DNA of 64,000 nucleotides from Nitrosopumilus sp. (GCA_965207445.1 CBDBLX010000002.1:1024001-1088000), one strand, 5' to 3'; shown: positions 11,560-22,819, counted from the first letter of the stretch. A program made the numbers and translations. Notes: generated from the sequence alone by a model not told the origin.

Positions 11560-12252
11560 TTGTTTGTCATAAATTGTAAAAACTATCCCCAAATCTCAAC
11601 TATACCTAGACTCAAAAGATTGATTACATCTGCTGCAAAATCATCTGCTAAATATGACATTATGATCGGTATTGCGCCTCCTACACATCTACTGAGCACT
11701 GCAACATCATATATCAAAGATGAAAAATTTGATACTAGTAAAATACTTGTTTTGTCTCAACACGTTGATTGTCATGATGCAGGTAGCACCACTGGATATG
11801 TGATCGCAGAATTGTTAAAAAATATAGGTGTTGCAGGTTGCATTGTCAATCACAGCGAGCATCGTATCAAGCCTAGTGAGATAAAATGTGTGATTGACAA
11901 ACTCTCAAAATTACGCCTGCTCTCTGTGTTATGTGTTCGCAACATTAGAGAAGCAAAGACGTATGCTACTCAGATCCGTCCTGATTATGTGGCAATTGAG
12001 CCTCCTGAGCTCATAGGATCTGGCATGGCAGTATCTACACATAGACCAGAATTGATATCGCGTGCTGCAGATGCAATACGTGGCTCTACATCACAATTGT
12101 TGTGCGGTGCTGGAATCATATCTGGAACTGATGTTGCAAAGGCAATCGAACTGGGCTCAAATGGAATATTGGTTGCAAGTGGCATAATTAAAAAAGATAC
12201 AAAATGGAGCAGTGCTATATCTGATCTTGCAAAACCTCTTGCCAACTACTAG
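11560..12252 (+). CDS. tpiA: Triosephosphate isomerase, archaeal type
   Basis: INCKNY, NHSEHR, AIEPPELIG and LVASG motifs. Confidence 0.93.
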   Translation: MFVINCKNYPQISTIPRLKRLITSAAKSSAKYDIMIGIAPPTHLLSTATSYIKDEKFDTSKILVLSQHVDCHDAGSTTGYVIAELLKNIGVAGCIVNHSEHRIKPSEIKCVIDKLSKLRLLSVLCVRNIREAKTYATQIRPDYVAIEPPELIGSGMAVSTHRPELISRAADAIRGSTSQLLCGAGIISGTDVAKAIELGSNGILVASGIIKKDTKWSSAISDLAKPLANY

Positions 12253-12498
12253 TAGAGATCATTTTGGATTGAGTAATACACGAATTACCAAGAGTGCAAA
12301 CTGATTACCCTTGTATTAAAAAACAAGATCCAATTTTAGATCTCATATCAACTGTTTTTGTGTTATCTTTGTTTGTATTGGTGCAAGCCCATTGAGAACA
12401 CACAGTCAACTAGTACCAAGAGTCATGGCTTGCACAAAACACCTGCAAACCAATTATAATCTAGAACACTTTGAGATAGATATACACATCTAGTCTTA

Positions 12499-12603
12499 AG
12501 TGAGAGTCTACATGCAGTGCCATTTACAACAGCGCATAGTTGGATAAAGCAATGTACTGGGGGATAGATTGAGTGAGAGTCTACATACGGTGCCATTTAC
12601 AAC
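12499..12603. repeat. 32-bp direct repeat pair separated by 41 bp
   Basis: AGTGAGAGTCTACATRCRGTGCCATTTACAAC at 12499-12530 and 12572-12603, 2 mismatches. Confidence 0.9.
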
Positions 12604-12658
12604 TTTAGATTCGTATGGCAATTGGTTTAATACACCCTTCATAGACGTATTCATTACA

Positions 12659-15355
12659 ATGAATAAAGAGATATATGCATTTGAAGAAGGTAGCGGGCAG
12701 GATCGTAAACTGTTAGGTGGCAAAGGTGCTGGCCTATGTGAGATGACTTCACTACGCCTTCCAGTTCCTCCAGGATTTACGATAACAACCAAAGTGTGTG
12801 ATGAATATTATAAAAATGGGAGAACATTACCAAATGGCCTTTTAGATAATGTAAAAAAACACATTACAAAGATGGGAAAAAAAACTGGCAAAACTTGGGG
12901 CTCTTCTGAGAATCCATTACTTGTATCTGTTAGGTCCGGAGCTGCAATATCGATGCCTGGTATGATGGATACCATACTTAATCTAGGACTTAATGATAAC
13001 ACTGTCAAAGGATTGGCGCAAAAGAGCTCTAATCCTAGATTTGCATGGGACTCGTACAGGCGGTTTGTTCAGTTATTTGGCAAGGTTGTGTTTGGAATTG
13101 ATGACAAGTTGTTTGATGATGTGATGGATGCAAAAAAGAGATCCCTGAATGCAAAAAATGACTCTGATCTGGATACAGAGTCATTACAACAACTAACCGC
13201 ATCATTCAAAGATATATGTGCAAAAGAGGGGCATAAATTCCCTACTGATCCTACTGTACAGCTAAAACTTGCAATAACTGCTGTCTTTGATAGCTGGATG
13301 GGTGAGCGAGCAAAAGTATATCGTGCAAAAAACCATATCACAAAAGATGTGGCAGCAGGTACTGCTGTCAATGTGGTTGCAATGGTGTTTGGAAATATGG
13401 GTGATGACAGTGCTACTGGCGTTGTGTTTACACGAAATCCTGGTGATGGGTCTAGGCAAATTTATGGTGACTATTTGAAAAATGCACAAGGTGAAGATGT
13501 GGTTGCAGGTGTCAGGACTGGAAAACATGTAGATGAGATGAAAAAAGAGATGCCAAAGTCATACGAGCAACTTGTAAAGACGTGTAATATGCTAGAGCGT
13601 CATTTCAGAGAGCCTCAAGATATAGAATTTACAATAGAGCAAGGGAAATTTTACCTGTTGCAAACACGTAATGCCAAAATGAATGCAACGAGTATGGTAC
13701 GTACATCAATTGAGATGGTAAATGAAAGGATGATAAACAAAGAAAAAGCCATCACTAGATTAAACGCAGAGCAGTTAGAACAACTATTACATGATATGAT
13801 TGACCCAACTGAGATGAAAAAGTACGATGAGGTTGCAAAAGGTATTGCCGCATCTCCTGGGGCTGCAAGTGGGGCTGCAATATTTGATGTTAAGCAAGCC
13901 ACTGAAATGGGAAAGGACGGACAAGATGTCATATTGGTTCGAGAAGAGACAAAGCCTGAGGATGTTCCTGCATTCTTTGAGTCACTAGGAATACTAACTA
14001 GCCGCGGTGGCAAATCGTCTCATGCTGCAGTAGTTGCACGGGGGATGGGCAAACCTTGCATCGTTGGATGCTCTAATCTCAAAATTACTGACAACTATTG
14101 CGTCACTGCTAGTGGCACAAAGATATCAAAAGGTGATATCATAACAATTGATGGTAGTACTGGTGCTGTATACAAGGGTGCAATACCTACAATAAAACCA
14201 AAGATAACTGCTGAGTTTAGACAGATTCTCAATTGGGCAACAAAAGCAAAACGACTTGGTATTCGTGCCAATGCCGATACACCCGAAGCTGCAAAACGAG
14301 CACGCGAGTATGGTGCAAATGGTATTGGGTTGTGTAGAACAGAGCGCATGTTCAATCAAAGTGATCGATTAAGCTTGTTTGTTGATATGATAATGGAAAA
14401 AGATACAACGCAGCGTGAAATACTGTTAAAGAAACTCGGACGACTTCAAAAAAGTGACTTTGTCAAGATACTTCAAGTCATGCAAGGATATCCAGTCACT
14501 ATACGATTATTGGACCCTCCACTGCACGAATTTTTACCAGATCCACAAAAACAAGAAGTAGATCTACGCAAATTAACAAATGCACAAAAACGTGACAAGT
14601 CCATAAAAAATGATGATATAGAACATGCACGTGCCAAACTTGAGCGTGCAAAGGAACTAGCAGAGGTCAATCCGATGATGGGTCATCGTGGTGTACGTGT
14701 TGGTGTGACGTATCCTGAGATATATCGCATGCAGATTCGCGCTGTATTTGAGGCACTTGCCGTATTGACCAAAAAAGGAATAAAAGCACATCCGCAGATC
14801 ATGATACCTCAAATTAGTAGCATTGATGAGTTGAATCACATCAAAGCGATATATGACGATGTAAAGCGGCAGGTACAAAAGGAAAATAATAATATCAAAC
14901 TAAAGGTAAACTTTGGTACCATGATCGAAGTAGTTCGAGCTGCTTTGACTGCTGACCAACTTGCCAACACCGCTGAGTTCTTTAGTTTTGGTACTAATGA
15001 CTTGACTCAGGGAACATTTAGTTTTAGCAGAGAAGATGTAGAAGGCAAGTTTATTCCAGAGTATCTTGACAAGGGACTGTTGGAGCAAAATCCATTTCAG
15101 TCAATTGATGAGTTTGGTGTGGGCCGATTGATGAGACATGCAATATCACTTGGTCGTCAAAAATCTAAAAACTTGGAAGTTGGTATATGTGGTGAGCATG
15201 GCGGTGACCCACAGTCTGTAATCTTTTGTCATAATGAGCACTTGAACTATGTTAGTGCATCTCCGCACCGTATCCCCATTGCAATTGTAGCTGCTGCGCA
15301 GGCAACTATTACACAAAAACACAATGTACATCATAAAACAAAATCAAAAAAGTAA
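12659..15355 (+). CDS. ppdK: Pyruvate phosphate dikinase
   Basis: LLGGKGA, VSVRSGA..SMPGMMDT, GGKSSHAAVVAR, FSFGTNDLTQ, GICGEHGG; start taken at MNKEIY downstream of a TTTAATA box. Confidence 0.97.
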   Translation: MNKEIYAFEEGSGQDRKLLGGKGAGLCEMTSLRLPVPPGFTITTKVCDEYYKNGRTLPNGLLDNVKKHITKMGKKTGKTWGSSENPLLVSVRSGAAISMPGMMDTILNLGLNDNTVKGLAQKSSNPRFAWDSYRRFVQLFGKVVFGIDDKLFDDVMDAKKRSLNAKNDSDLDTESLQQLTASFKDICAKEGHKFPTDPTVQLKLAITAVFDSWMGERAKVYRAKNHITKDVAAGTAVNVVAMVFGNMGDDSATGVVFTRNPGDGSRQIYGDYLKNAQGEDVVAGVRTGKHVDEMKKEMPKSYEQLVKTCNMLERHFREPQDIEFTIEQGKFYLLQTRNAKMNATSMVRTSIEMVNERMINKEKAITRLNAEQLEQLLHDMIDPTEMKKYDEVAKGIAASPGAASGAAIFDVKQATEMGKDGQDVILVREETKPEDVPAFFESLGILTSRGGKSSHAAVVARGMGKPCIVGCSNLKITDNYCVTASGTKISKGDIITIDGSTGAVYKGAIPTIKPKITAEFRQILNWATKAKRLGIRANADTPEAAKRAREYGANGIGLCRTERMFNQSDRLSLFVDMIMEKDTTQREILLKKLGRLQKSDFVKILQVMQGYPVTIRLLDPPLHEFLPDPQKQEVDLRKLTNAQKRDKSIKNDDIEHARAKLERAKELAEVNPMMGHRGVRVGVTYPEIYRMQIRAVFEALAVLTKKGIKAHPQIMIPQISSIDELNHIKAIYDDVKRQVQKENNNIKLKVNFGTMIEVVRAALTADQLANTAEFFSFGTNDLTQGTFSFSREDVEGKFIPEYLDKGLLEQNPFQSIDEFGVGRLMRHAISLGRQKSKNLEVGICGEHGGDPQSVIFCHNEHLNYVSASPHRIPIAIVAAAQATITQKHNVHHKTKSKK

Positions 15356-15669
15356 ATACTATTATTTTTTGTTAACTGTTTGTTTGAATAATATATGATG
15401 ATGTAATTAATATGATTATATATTATAAGATGTATTATATGATATATGACTTAATATATTATACAATATAATATATTATATAATATATTATGTAATATAT
15501 TGTGTAAATTATATGTTTATAAACAAAACATTTGACATTTGTTCTAACATTTGATTATATCTACAACAATTTGGTGTTAAAACACATCAGAGCGCGCATT
15601 ACTATTGAATAATATACTAAAACTATTTTTCACATAAACAAACAATAGACACCTGTAATTTGTAAATTC

Positions 15670-16230
15670 ATGCTACCTAGAATAGAGTCTATCAAGCAGA
15701 TGCGACAAAAAATTTCGATCACACAAAAGAAACTTGCAGATATGACCGGTGTTAGCACATCTATGATAAATCAGATAGAATCAGGCCGAACAAAGCCTAG
15801 TTATGATACTGCAAGAAAGATATTTGATGCGTTGGCAAAACTAGAGGGACAGACATATTCTAGTTGTGCAGGTGACTTTTGTAGTTTTGATATTATAATG
15901 CTTGAGCCGACAGACACCCTTCATGAGGCAGTAAAGACTATGCATCACCATTCTATTAGTCAAATTCCAATATTTGAACATAAAACAAATGTAGTAGGAC
16001 TCATTACAGAAGACGGTATTGTAAAACATCTCTCAGATGTAGGTGAGTCTGGACTCAAAAAGGCAAAAATATCTGAAAAGATGGATTCTCCACCTCCTAT
16101 CGTTGATTACAAAACCCCTGCAAACGTACTTGTTCCTTTGATCAGATATTCAAAGTGTATACTTGTCTCAAAAGAATCGAGAATAGTTGGTATAATTACT
16201 GCTTCAGATACACTCAAGATTATGGAGTGA
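15670..16230 (+). CDS. XRE-type HTH plus CBS-pair transcriptional regulator
   Basis: ITQKKLADMTGVS..INQIESG HTH followed by two CBS motifs. Confidence 0.9.
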   Translation: MLPRIESIKQMRQKISITQKKLADMTGVSTSMINQIESGRTKPSYDTARKIFDALAKLEGQTYSSCAGDFCSFDIIMLEPTDTLHEAVKTMHHHSISQIPIFEHKTNVVGLITEDGIVKHLSDVGESGLKKAKISEKMDSPPPIVDYKTPANVLVPLIRYSKCILVSKESRIVGIITASDTLKIME

Positions 16231-16279
16231 TGACAAGCAGTTATGGTTAGTGAAAGATATGTTTATTCTTTTGCTAACA

Positions 16280-16482
16280 TCCCTTAGGATCGGCATACTG
16301 TGAACATGCAGGAATTAAATTTTCCCCAATATGAGGTCGGACTTGTTTGTCTTTTTTACGGCTTGTTATGATATACAGTATACGTGACAGTTTATGTTTT
16401 TACTTGCGTGACTGCATCAAGATCATCTCTGGCAAATCGTAACCATTTCAGTGCCTCTTCCCATGCACATTTGATCGTTCAT
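16280..16482 (-). pseudogene. Degraded HEPN-domain gene remnant
   Basis: Frameshifted pieces WEEALKWLRFARDDLDAV and *QAVKKTNKSDLILG...HVHSM resemble the HEPN W..A..DL, QQA.EK..KA and H.L motifs. Confidence 0.45.
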
Positions 16483-16615
16483 ATAACATTTAATCTCTTT
16501 AAAAACTACATAAATCACAATGCCAATTATGTGTAGTTTTCTATCTACCTCATCAGGAATTCGATGATATCTTTACTTGTGGATATATAATCTAACATAT
16601 ATCGTGTTGCCATTT

Positions 16616-17023
16616 TCACTCTGGATGCTCGCACAGTTCTGTCAGCACACCATATAATGACTTTGGATGTATGAACGTGACTTTGGTTCCTTCGGAACCA
16701 TCCCTTACATCGCCTAAAAATCTCACATCAGCATCTGTCTTCATTCTACTCACCTCATCATGTATATCCGGTGTTGCTAGTGCCATGTGGTGCAATCCTG
16801 GTCCTCTCGTGTCTAGGAATTTTTTAATCGGACTAGTGTCCCTTGTAGGTTGCATCAACTCTATTCTTCCATTATCCATGCGAATTATTGCTACTTTGAC
16901 ACCTTCTGATTCTACTGTTTCATATTCTACTGTCTTTGCGCCGAGAGCCTTTTTGTATACTTGGGCCGCTGCCTCTACATCATTTACTGCAATTGCTATA
17001 TGATCTATTTTCATCATTGTCAT
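16616..17023 (-). CDS. mce: Methylmalonyl-CoA epimerase
   Basis: IDHIAIAV, IELMQP, GLHHMAL, FIHPKS..GVLTEL. Confidence 0.95.
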   Translation of the reverse strand: MTMMKIDHIAIAVNDVEAAAQVYKKALGAKTVEYETVESEGVKVAIIRMDNGRIELMQPTRDTSPIKKFLDTRGPGLHHMALATPDIHDEVSRMKTDADVRFLGDVRDGSEGTKVTFIHPKSLYGVLTELCEHPE

Positions 17024-17028
17024 ATTTA

Positions 17029-18654
17029 TTAGAACACCTCCTTTGGCTCATATTTGCCAAATACGTCTCTAAACACATTACTTATCTCACCTGTTGTTGC
17101 ATATGCTTTTGCCGCATTGATGATATGTGGCATCAGATTCTCATCTGGTTTTGTCGCAGCTATATCTGATAACCTTACTAGTGCCTTTGAGCACTTGTTT
17201 GCATCTCGTGATGCACGTAATTCTTTTAGTGCCTTTTTTTGCTGTCGTTCTACTTTGTTTCCTATTCGAAGTAGTTTTGGTTGTTTTTCATCTACATCCT
17301 GATACTTGTTGACTCCGACTATTATTCTCTGCAAATCATCTGTCTCTTTTTTAAGTCTGTATGCGTTTTGTCTTATCTCTGATTGGAAGAATCCTCGCTC
17401 AATTGCCTTTACAGAGCCTCCCATCTTCCGTATCTTTTTGAGATACCGCCATACATCATCTTCCATTTTGGAACACAAGTCTTCTAAATAGTGTGAGCCT
17501 CCCATCGGGTCAACTGTTTTTGTAATACCTGACTCATGTGCCATTATCTGCTGTGTACGTAATGCAATCTTGGCAGACTCTTGTGTTGGAAGCGCTAGTG
17601 CTTCGTCACGTGAGTTTGTATGCAGAGATTGTGTACCTCCTAGTACTGCTGCCATTGTCTGAATCGCAACTCGGACTATGTTGTTGTCTGGTTGCTGTGC
17701 AGTCAATGATTCTCCGCTTGTCTGGGTGTGAAATTTCAATTGCATTGATTTTGGATTCTTTGCATGAAACATCTCCCGTAGTATGCGTGCATATACTGTA
17801 CGTGCCACTCGAAACTTTGCTATTTCTTCGAAAAACTCTATTGTACAACAGAAAAAGAATGAAAGTCTGGGTGCAAAATCATCTATACGTAATCCGCGCT
17901 CAATGCATGTCTCAATATATGCAATCGCATTTGCAAGTGTAAATGCCACCTCTTGTGTAGCGGTACATCCTGCCTCTCTCATGTGATATCCTGATATTGA
18001 TACTGGATACCATGATGGTACCTCTTTTGCACAGTATGCGATCATGTCGCCGATTAGCCGCATGGATGGTGCCGGTGGATAAATGTAGGTGTTTCTTGCA
18101 ATGTATTCTTTTAATATGTCATTTTGAGTGGTACCTCGAAGCTGTGCAGGTGTGAATCCTTGTGATTGACCTACTGTAATATAATATGCTAGTAGTGTGG
18201 ATGCTGTAGAGTTTATCGTCATTGATGTGCTGACCTTGCCAAGTGGAATGCCATCGAATGCTTGATGCATATCTTTGATTGATGTAATTGATACTCCAAC
18301 CTTACCAACTTCACCTTCTGCTTGTGGTGCATCAGAGTCATACCCTATCTGAGTTGGCAAGTCAAAGGCCATGCTGAGTCCTGTCTGTCCCTTTTCAAGC
18401 ATAAACTTGAAACGCTCATTTGTAAGTTTGGCATCTCCGAACCCAGAGTACTGTCGCATAGTCCAGAATCTATCACGGTACATTCCTTCATGTATGCCAC
18501 GTGTGAATGGATATTTACCTGCGTCTGGTACTGTATATTTTTTTGTATTATTGTGTTTGTATATGCGCTTTACCTCAAAATTAGAATCAGTGAATATCTC
18601 TTTTTTTTGCGTCTTGTCATCACTTGCATTTTTGGATACCATTGTATGTGCCAC
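17029..18654 (-). CDS. mcmA: Methylmalonyl-CoA mutase large subunit (3-HP/4-HB cycle)
   Basis: YPFTRG, WTMRQYSGFG, GTTQNDILKEY, QSLHTNSRDEALALP. Confidence 0.95.
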   Translation of the reverse strand: MAHTMVSKNASDDKTQKKEIFTDSNFEVKRIYKHNNTKKYTVPDAGKYPFTRGIHEGMYRDRFWTMRQYSGFGDAKLTNERFKFMLEKGQTGLSMAFDLPTQIGYDSDAPQAEGEVGKVGVSITSIKDMHQAFDGIPLGKVSTSMTINSTASTLLAYYITVGQSQGFTPAQLRGTTQNDILKEYIARNTYIYPPAPSMRLIGDMIAYCAKEVPSWYPVSISGYHMREAGCTATQEVAFTLANAIAYIETCIERGLRIDDFAPRLSFFFCCTIEFFEEIAKFRVARTVYARILREMFHAKNPKSMQLKFHTQTSGESLTAQQPDNNIVRVAIQTMAAVLGGTQSLHTNSRDEALALPTQESAKIALRTQQIMAHESGITKTVDPMGGSHYLEDLCSKMEDDVWRYLKKIRKMGGSVKAIERGFFQSEIRQNAYRLKKETDDLQRIIVGVNKYQDVDEKQPKLLRIGNKVERQQKKALKELRASRDANKCSKALVRLSDIAATKPDENLMPHIINAAKAYATTGEISNVFRDVFGKYEPKEVF

Positions 18655-18875
18655 ATATCACATATTTAAAAATCTAAAAAATGACACGATTAATCATGTT
18701 TTGTGCTACTTGAGTGCACTGGATATGAATTTTTAAAAGATCGTGTTTAGGTGTTGTTTTTTGTTATTATGATAAACAGGCCGTTTGAATAGTTGATGGT
18801 CATTGACATTTAATTATTGGGTGATTTTTTTGGGATTACATACACTAGTATACTTCTCTGCGCGCGGTGATTGAT

Positions 18876-19316
18876 ATGACTGACATCATCATACTCCTTT
18901 TTGTTTTTGCATTCGTGATCGCAGCGCTTGCGGTGATCATGTTCAAACAGAACCAAAAGATCGAGCGCGCAAACGCAGATAAACACCAAGCCCTTGTAGC
19001 ACAACGGCAACAATATGAAACAAAACACAAGCAAGCATTAAAGGCACAACGAAGCATCACGAAAGGACAGATAACAGAACACATGTTGCCTGTCATGAAA
19101 GAATTCCGCGACAAGCACAACTTGAATGACGCGCGCTTTGTGGGCAAACCCATAGACTACATAGTATTTGATGGGCTGGCGGATGGCACAGATGTAACGG
19201 TTACGTTTGTAGAGTGCAAGACAGGCAAGTCACAACTGAACGCGAACGAAAGGTCCGTACGGGATGCGATCGACAACAAGCGCGTAAAGTGGGAAATCAT
19301 ACGCATAGACGGCTAG
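18876..19316 (+). CDS. Holliday junction resolvase-like PD-(D/E)XK protein with N-terminal TM anchor (Endonuc_Holl-like)
   Basis: KGQITEHMLP, DARFVGKPIDYIVFDG, FVECKTGKSQL..NE; higher GC than flanks. Confidence 0.85.
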   Translation: MTDIIILLFVFAFVIAALAVIMFKQNQKIERANADKHQALVAQRQQYETKHKQALKAQRSITKGQITEHMLPVMKEFRDKHNLNDARFVGKPIDYIVFDGLADGTDVTVTFVECKTGKSQLNANERSVRDAIDNKRVKWEIIRIDG

Positions 19317-19877
19317 CAACAGACACACTCTCTCTCTTTTTTTGATCAGTATATTTATCGATATAATCCCCTTTTTTCAGGTTTTATTACTTTGATTGTT
19401 GATGTATTTTCTGGACTGGCATATTGTTATTGTGGGCATCTTTTTAAAATGTTGAACTAAAAACAAGTATCTTTGTTATGGTGTTTGCGTGTGTGTGTAC
19501 AATGAGATAACATATTTAGAAAAATTATGTGATCTATACGATCTATGTCAACAAAGTTACTGATTAAATACAAAGTGTATGGTGATGGTAAATGGAAAAT
19601 ATTCATTGGCAACAATACATGTTTAACATATTGGGTCGAGATGATGATCAACTGTCAATTCCTTGTTATGTGACTGTGTTTGTATAATACAGATATTATT
19701 GGTATTGTCATCATATGTATTTCTGAACTATCTGTGGTAGTGAGAAAGGAAAAAAGACAAAAGGAGAAGAAAAGTAAAAATAAAGCCTATACGAGGAAGC
19801 GTCCAAATTACCAACAATTATGACAATAATTTTTTTACATCATAACTTCTTTTTACCTGATATTACATACTGTAACC

Positions 19878-20321
19878 ATGGATAAGACGATTGAAAAATA
19901 TGGTGCCATGTTTGTATTAGATACAAATGTTGTAATTCGTGCCTGTGAAGACAAAGCTTTTGCGCAGCATGTCAGGGCGTGTATGGGAGCAAACACATCT
20001 GAGATTGTAATAAACTCCAAAGTAGAGTCAGAACTGATGCGAAATGGACTTTCTATGGACATTGTACCTGTAATACTAAAAGCCAATCTTAATGTTGATG
20101 ATATACAATATCGCGTTATATCTGATAAAGAACATAATGGTGCCAAATGGCTTGAGCAGAGACATAAAACATTGCATCGAGGTGACAGTGACATTTTGGC
20201 ATTTGCACATACTCACGGGTTTGTGCTACTCACATGCGATACGGGGTTGATAAAAGCAGCACGTGATGTGGGGGTAAAATGCATCAACCCTGATACTAGA
20301 AAACGTCACAAGTCTCTTTAA
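19878..20321 (+). CDS. PIN-domain protein
   Basis: VLDTNVV...E...GDSDILA...LLTCD..L. Confidence 0.8.
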   Translation: MDKTIEKYGAMFVLDTNVVIRACEDKAFAQHVRACMGANTSEIVINSKVESELMRNGLSMDIVPVILKANLNVDDIQYRVISDKEHNGAKWLEQRHKTLHRGDSDILAFAHTHGFVLLTCDTGLIKAARDVGVKCINPDTRKRHKSL

Positions 20322-20438
20322 GATTATCTAAATTCAAAATTATGAATTTGATATAATCATATGTTATGTAATGTCCATTTAAAGACACACTGTTTATTTT
20401 TACCAATTATAACATATCAATAATGCATTTGTCGCAGA

Positions 20439-21449
20439 TTATTTTAACAGAGATTTTGTTATATAATCACTTACATTAAATGGATTGGACTTACACAACA
20501 CAAGCCTGTCTATGTATTTTTGAACCGATTTATCAGAGCCAAACATTTCATCGAGTTTTATACGTGCATTTGAGATTACCATATCATACACTTCTGATTT
20601 TAGTCGCAGACGTCTCTTTGATTCTGTGTATTGTTCTTTTGATTTTACATCTTTTGCTATTTTCATGAGTGTCTTTGCAAATTTTGTTATAGTGGTGTTT
20701 TGTTTTATTGATGTTTTTAGTACGATTTTAGATGTAGTGTTGTTATGTGATTGTGTAGTGCTATTGTTTTTAGAATGTGTGCTTTTTTTATTTGCATCAT
20801 TTTGTATGTCTATCTGCTCTGCTACAAAGTCACGAATTGCATCATATAATTTATCTGCTCCTGTCAAATCTGACTTGTTGACCACATAGATGTCACCAAT
20901 TTCTGTCAGTCCTGCTTTTATTGCTTGTATACTGTCCCCTGTATGGGGGTTGAACACTACAGTTGTAATGTCTACAATCTTTGATATGTCTACTTCTGTC
21001 TGTCCTGCCCCGACACTTTCGATTATAATTGGATCAAATCCTGCATACTCGAGTATTCGTATACTGTTTCTCAAAGATGCTGATACTGCTCCTGTAGCAC
21101 CTCTTGATGCGATGCTTCTGATGTATGTTCCTGTGTCTGCTGATTCTGTCATTCTGACACGATCCCCTAGTATGGCTCCTCCTGTAATGTGACTGGTTGG
21201 ATCTATTGCTAATACTGCAGGTGTTGTACCCATACGATTCAAAGCTACTACTGTCTTGTTGATCAATGAACTTTTACCTGCGCCTGCCGGACCTGTTATG
21301 CCTATTATTGTAGAATCTGTAGTCTTTGCAAATATTTTTTTGGCTAATTTACGTGCGTCTGTAGGATTGTTCTCAATTATTGTAATTGCTTTTGCAACTG
21401 CTCCGCGTTTGCCTTTTTTAAGATCGTTTAATAGTTTTGTTATATCCAT
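20439..21449 (-). CDS. meaB: Methylmalonyl-CoA mutase-associated GTPase
   Basis: GITGPAGAGKSS, AIDPTS..TGGAILGDRVRM, ESVGAGQ, NKSD. Confidence 0.93.
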   Translation of the reverse strand: MDITKLLNDLKKGKRGAVAKAITIIENNPTDARKLAKKIFAKTTDSTIIGITGPAGAGKSSLINKTVVALNRMGTTPAVLAIDPTSHITGGAILGDRVRMTESADTGTYIRSIASRGATGAVSASLRNSIRILEYAGFDPIIIESVGAGQTEVDISKIVDITTVVFNPHTGDSIQAIKAGLTEIGDIYVVNKSDLTGADKLYDAIRDFVAEQIDIQNDANKKSTHSKNNSTTQSHNNTTSKIVLKTSIKQNTTITKFAKTLMKIAKDVKSKEQYTESKRRLRLKSEVYDMVISNARIKLDEMFGSDKSVQKYIDRLVLCKSNPFNVSDYITKSLLK

Positions 21450-21670
21450 GACATATCATTGCATAGAGTAGAATAAAACTTGTAAGATTACTTGTAATTA
21501 GATGTGTTAGTGTTTTGCACTCTCTCTGCGTGTGTGTATTTAGTTGATGGTTCGTTTATGACTGGTATGTTTGTGAATAGTATGTTTCTGAATGGTATGT
21601 TTCTGACTGGTGTTGTGTGAGTTGAACAATTTTAATAAAGATATTTGTAAGATGTGCCCATCATATCATC

Positions 21671-22204
21671 ATGACACTTGTGGATGTTGCAAAGACTGCT
21701 GTTGGACTCAAAGACGTAAAGCGCTCTGGATGGATCAAAAGACTATCTATTGCAGACGGTGAATCTGTTGCAGATCATTCCTACTCTACTACTATCATAA
21801 GCATGTTGTTATCTGACAGTTTAAATCTTGACTCGGAGCGTGTGATGAAGATGGCACTCTTGCATGACTTGGCAGAGTCTAAGATTGGCGATATAATTCC
21901 AGGCCAGATATCAGATGCACTAAAGGAGAAAATTGAAACTAGTGCATTCTTTGAGATTGTATCTCTACTACCTGATAATTTAAAGTCTCAATATGTTTCA
22001 ATTTGGCAAGAATTTTGCGCAGGCAAAACTACTGAATCTCAGATAGTAAGACAAGCAGATAAACTTGAAATGTCTCTTCAAGCAGTCACATACAAAAACA
22101 AAGGACTAGCAACTGCAAAAGAGATTGAGATATTCTTAAACGCAACAGACAAAGTGATAACAGATGATACTGCAAGGGACTTTTTTACTAAACTTGTCAA
22201 CTAG
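21671..22204 (+). CDS. HD-domain hydrolase (YfbR/HDDC2-like)
   Basis: RSGW...ESVADHS...LHDLAE...GD...ADKLE. Confidence 0.9.
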   Translation: MTLVDVAKTAVGLKDVKRSGWIKRLSIADGESVADHSYSTTIISMLLSDSLNLDSERVMKMALLHDLAESKIGDIIPGQISDALKEKIETSAFFEIVSLLPDNLKSQYVSIWQEFCAGKTTESQIVRQADKLEMSLQAVTYKNKGLATAKEIEIFLNATDKVITDDTARDFFTKLVN

Positions 22205-22327
22205 ATCAAATACAATGTCTCACATCTTTGAATCATTTTTGAGTTAAACGTGTATTGTTATATTGTTTTTAGATTTGATTTACTATCCATTACATAGAAT
22301 TTTAAACTGTTCACGCGTATATGATAC

Positions 22328-22819
22328 ATGGTCTCGCGCGCTCAAGTTCTGATACCCATATCTATTGCAGCCATTATCGTTGGTGTGGCGGGTATATACT
22401 CTATTCCTCAAGAAAGCAAGCTTGAGACTGTAAAGTTTCCAATGGGTATGATAAAGGTAGATGATATCATACTAGAGGTACAAATAGCAGAAACTGAACC
22501 GCAACGTGTACGCGGTTTGATGTTTCAAGAACAAATGCCGTATGATGAGGGCATGATATTTGTGTTCCCTGAGCAGGGTTCGTACTCACTCTGGATGCTT
22601 AATATGCAGTTTGCACTTGATATGATATGGTTCGATGAGTTTGGCAATGTGGTGCACATTGAGACTGATGTACCTCCATGTAAAACGGCATTAGAGATTA
22701 CTACCTGTCAGAGTATTATCCCTGATGGAATGGCCACATATATCTTGGAAGTGACTGCTGGATTTGTCGATATGTATAACATCACACCTGACTCTAAACT
22801 AGAGATAATCTCAATTTAA
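22328..22819 (+). CDS. DUF192 family exported protein
   Basis: RVRGLMF...GMIFVF...WM.NM.FALDMIW...YILEV.AG. Confidence 0.9.
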   Translation: MVSRAQVLIPISIAAIIVGVAGIYSIPQESKLETVKFPMGMIKVDDIILEVQIAETEPQRVRGLMFQEQMPYDEGMIFVFPEQGSYSLWMLNMQFALDMIWFDEFGNVVHIETDVPPCKTALEITTCQSIIPDGMATYILEVTAGFVDMYNITPDSKLEIISI

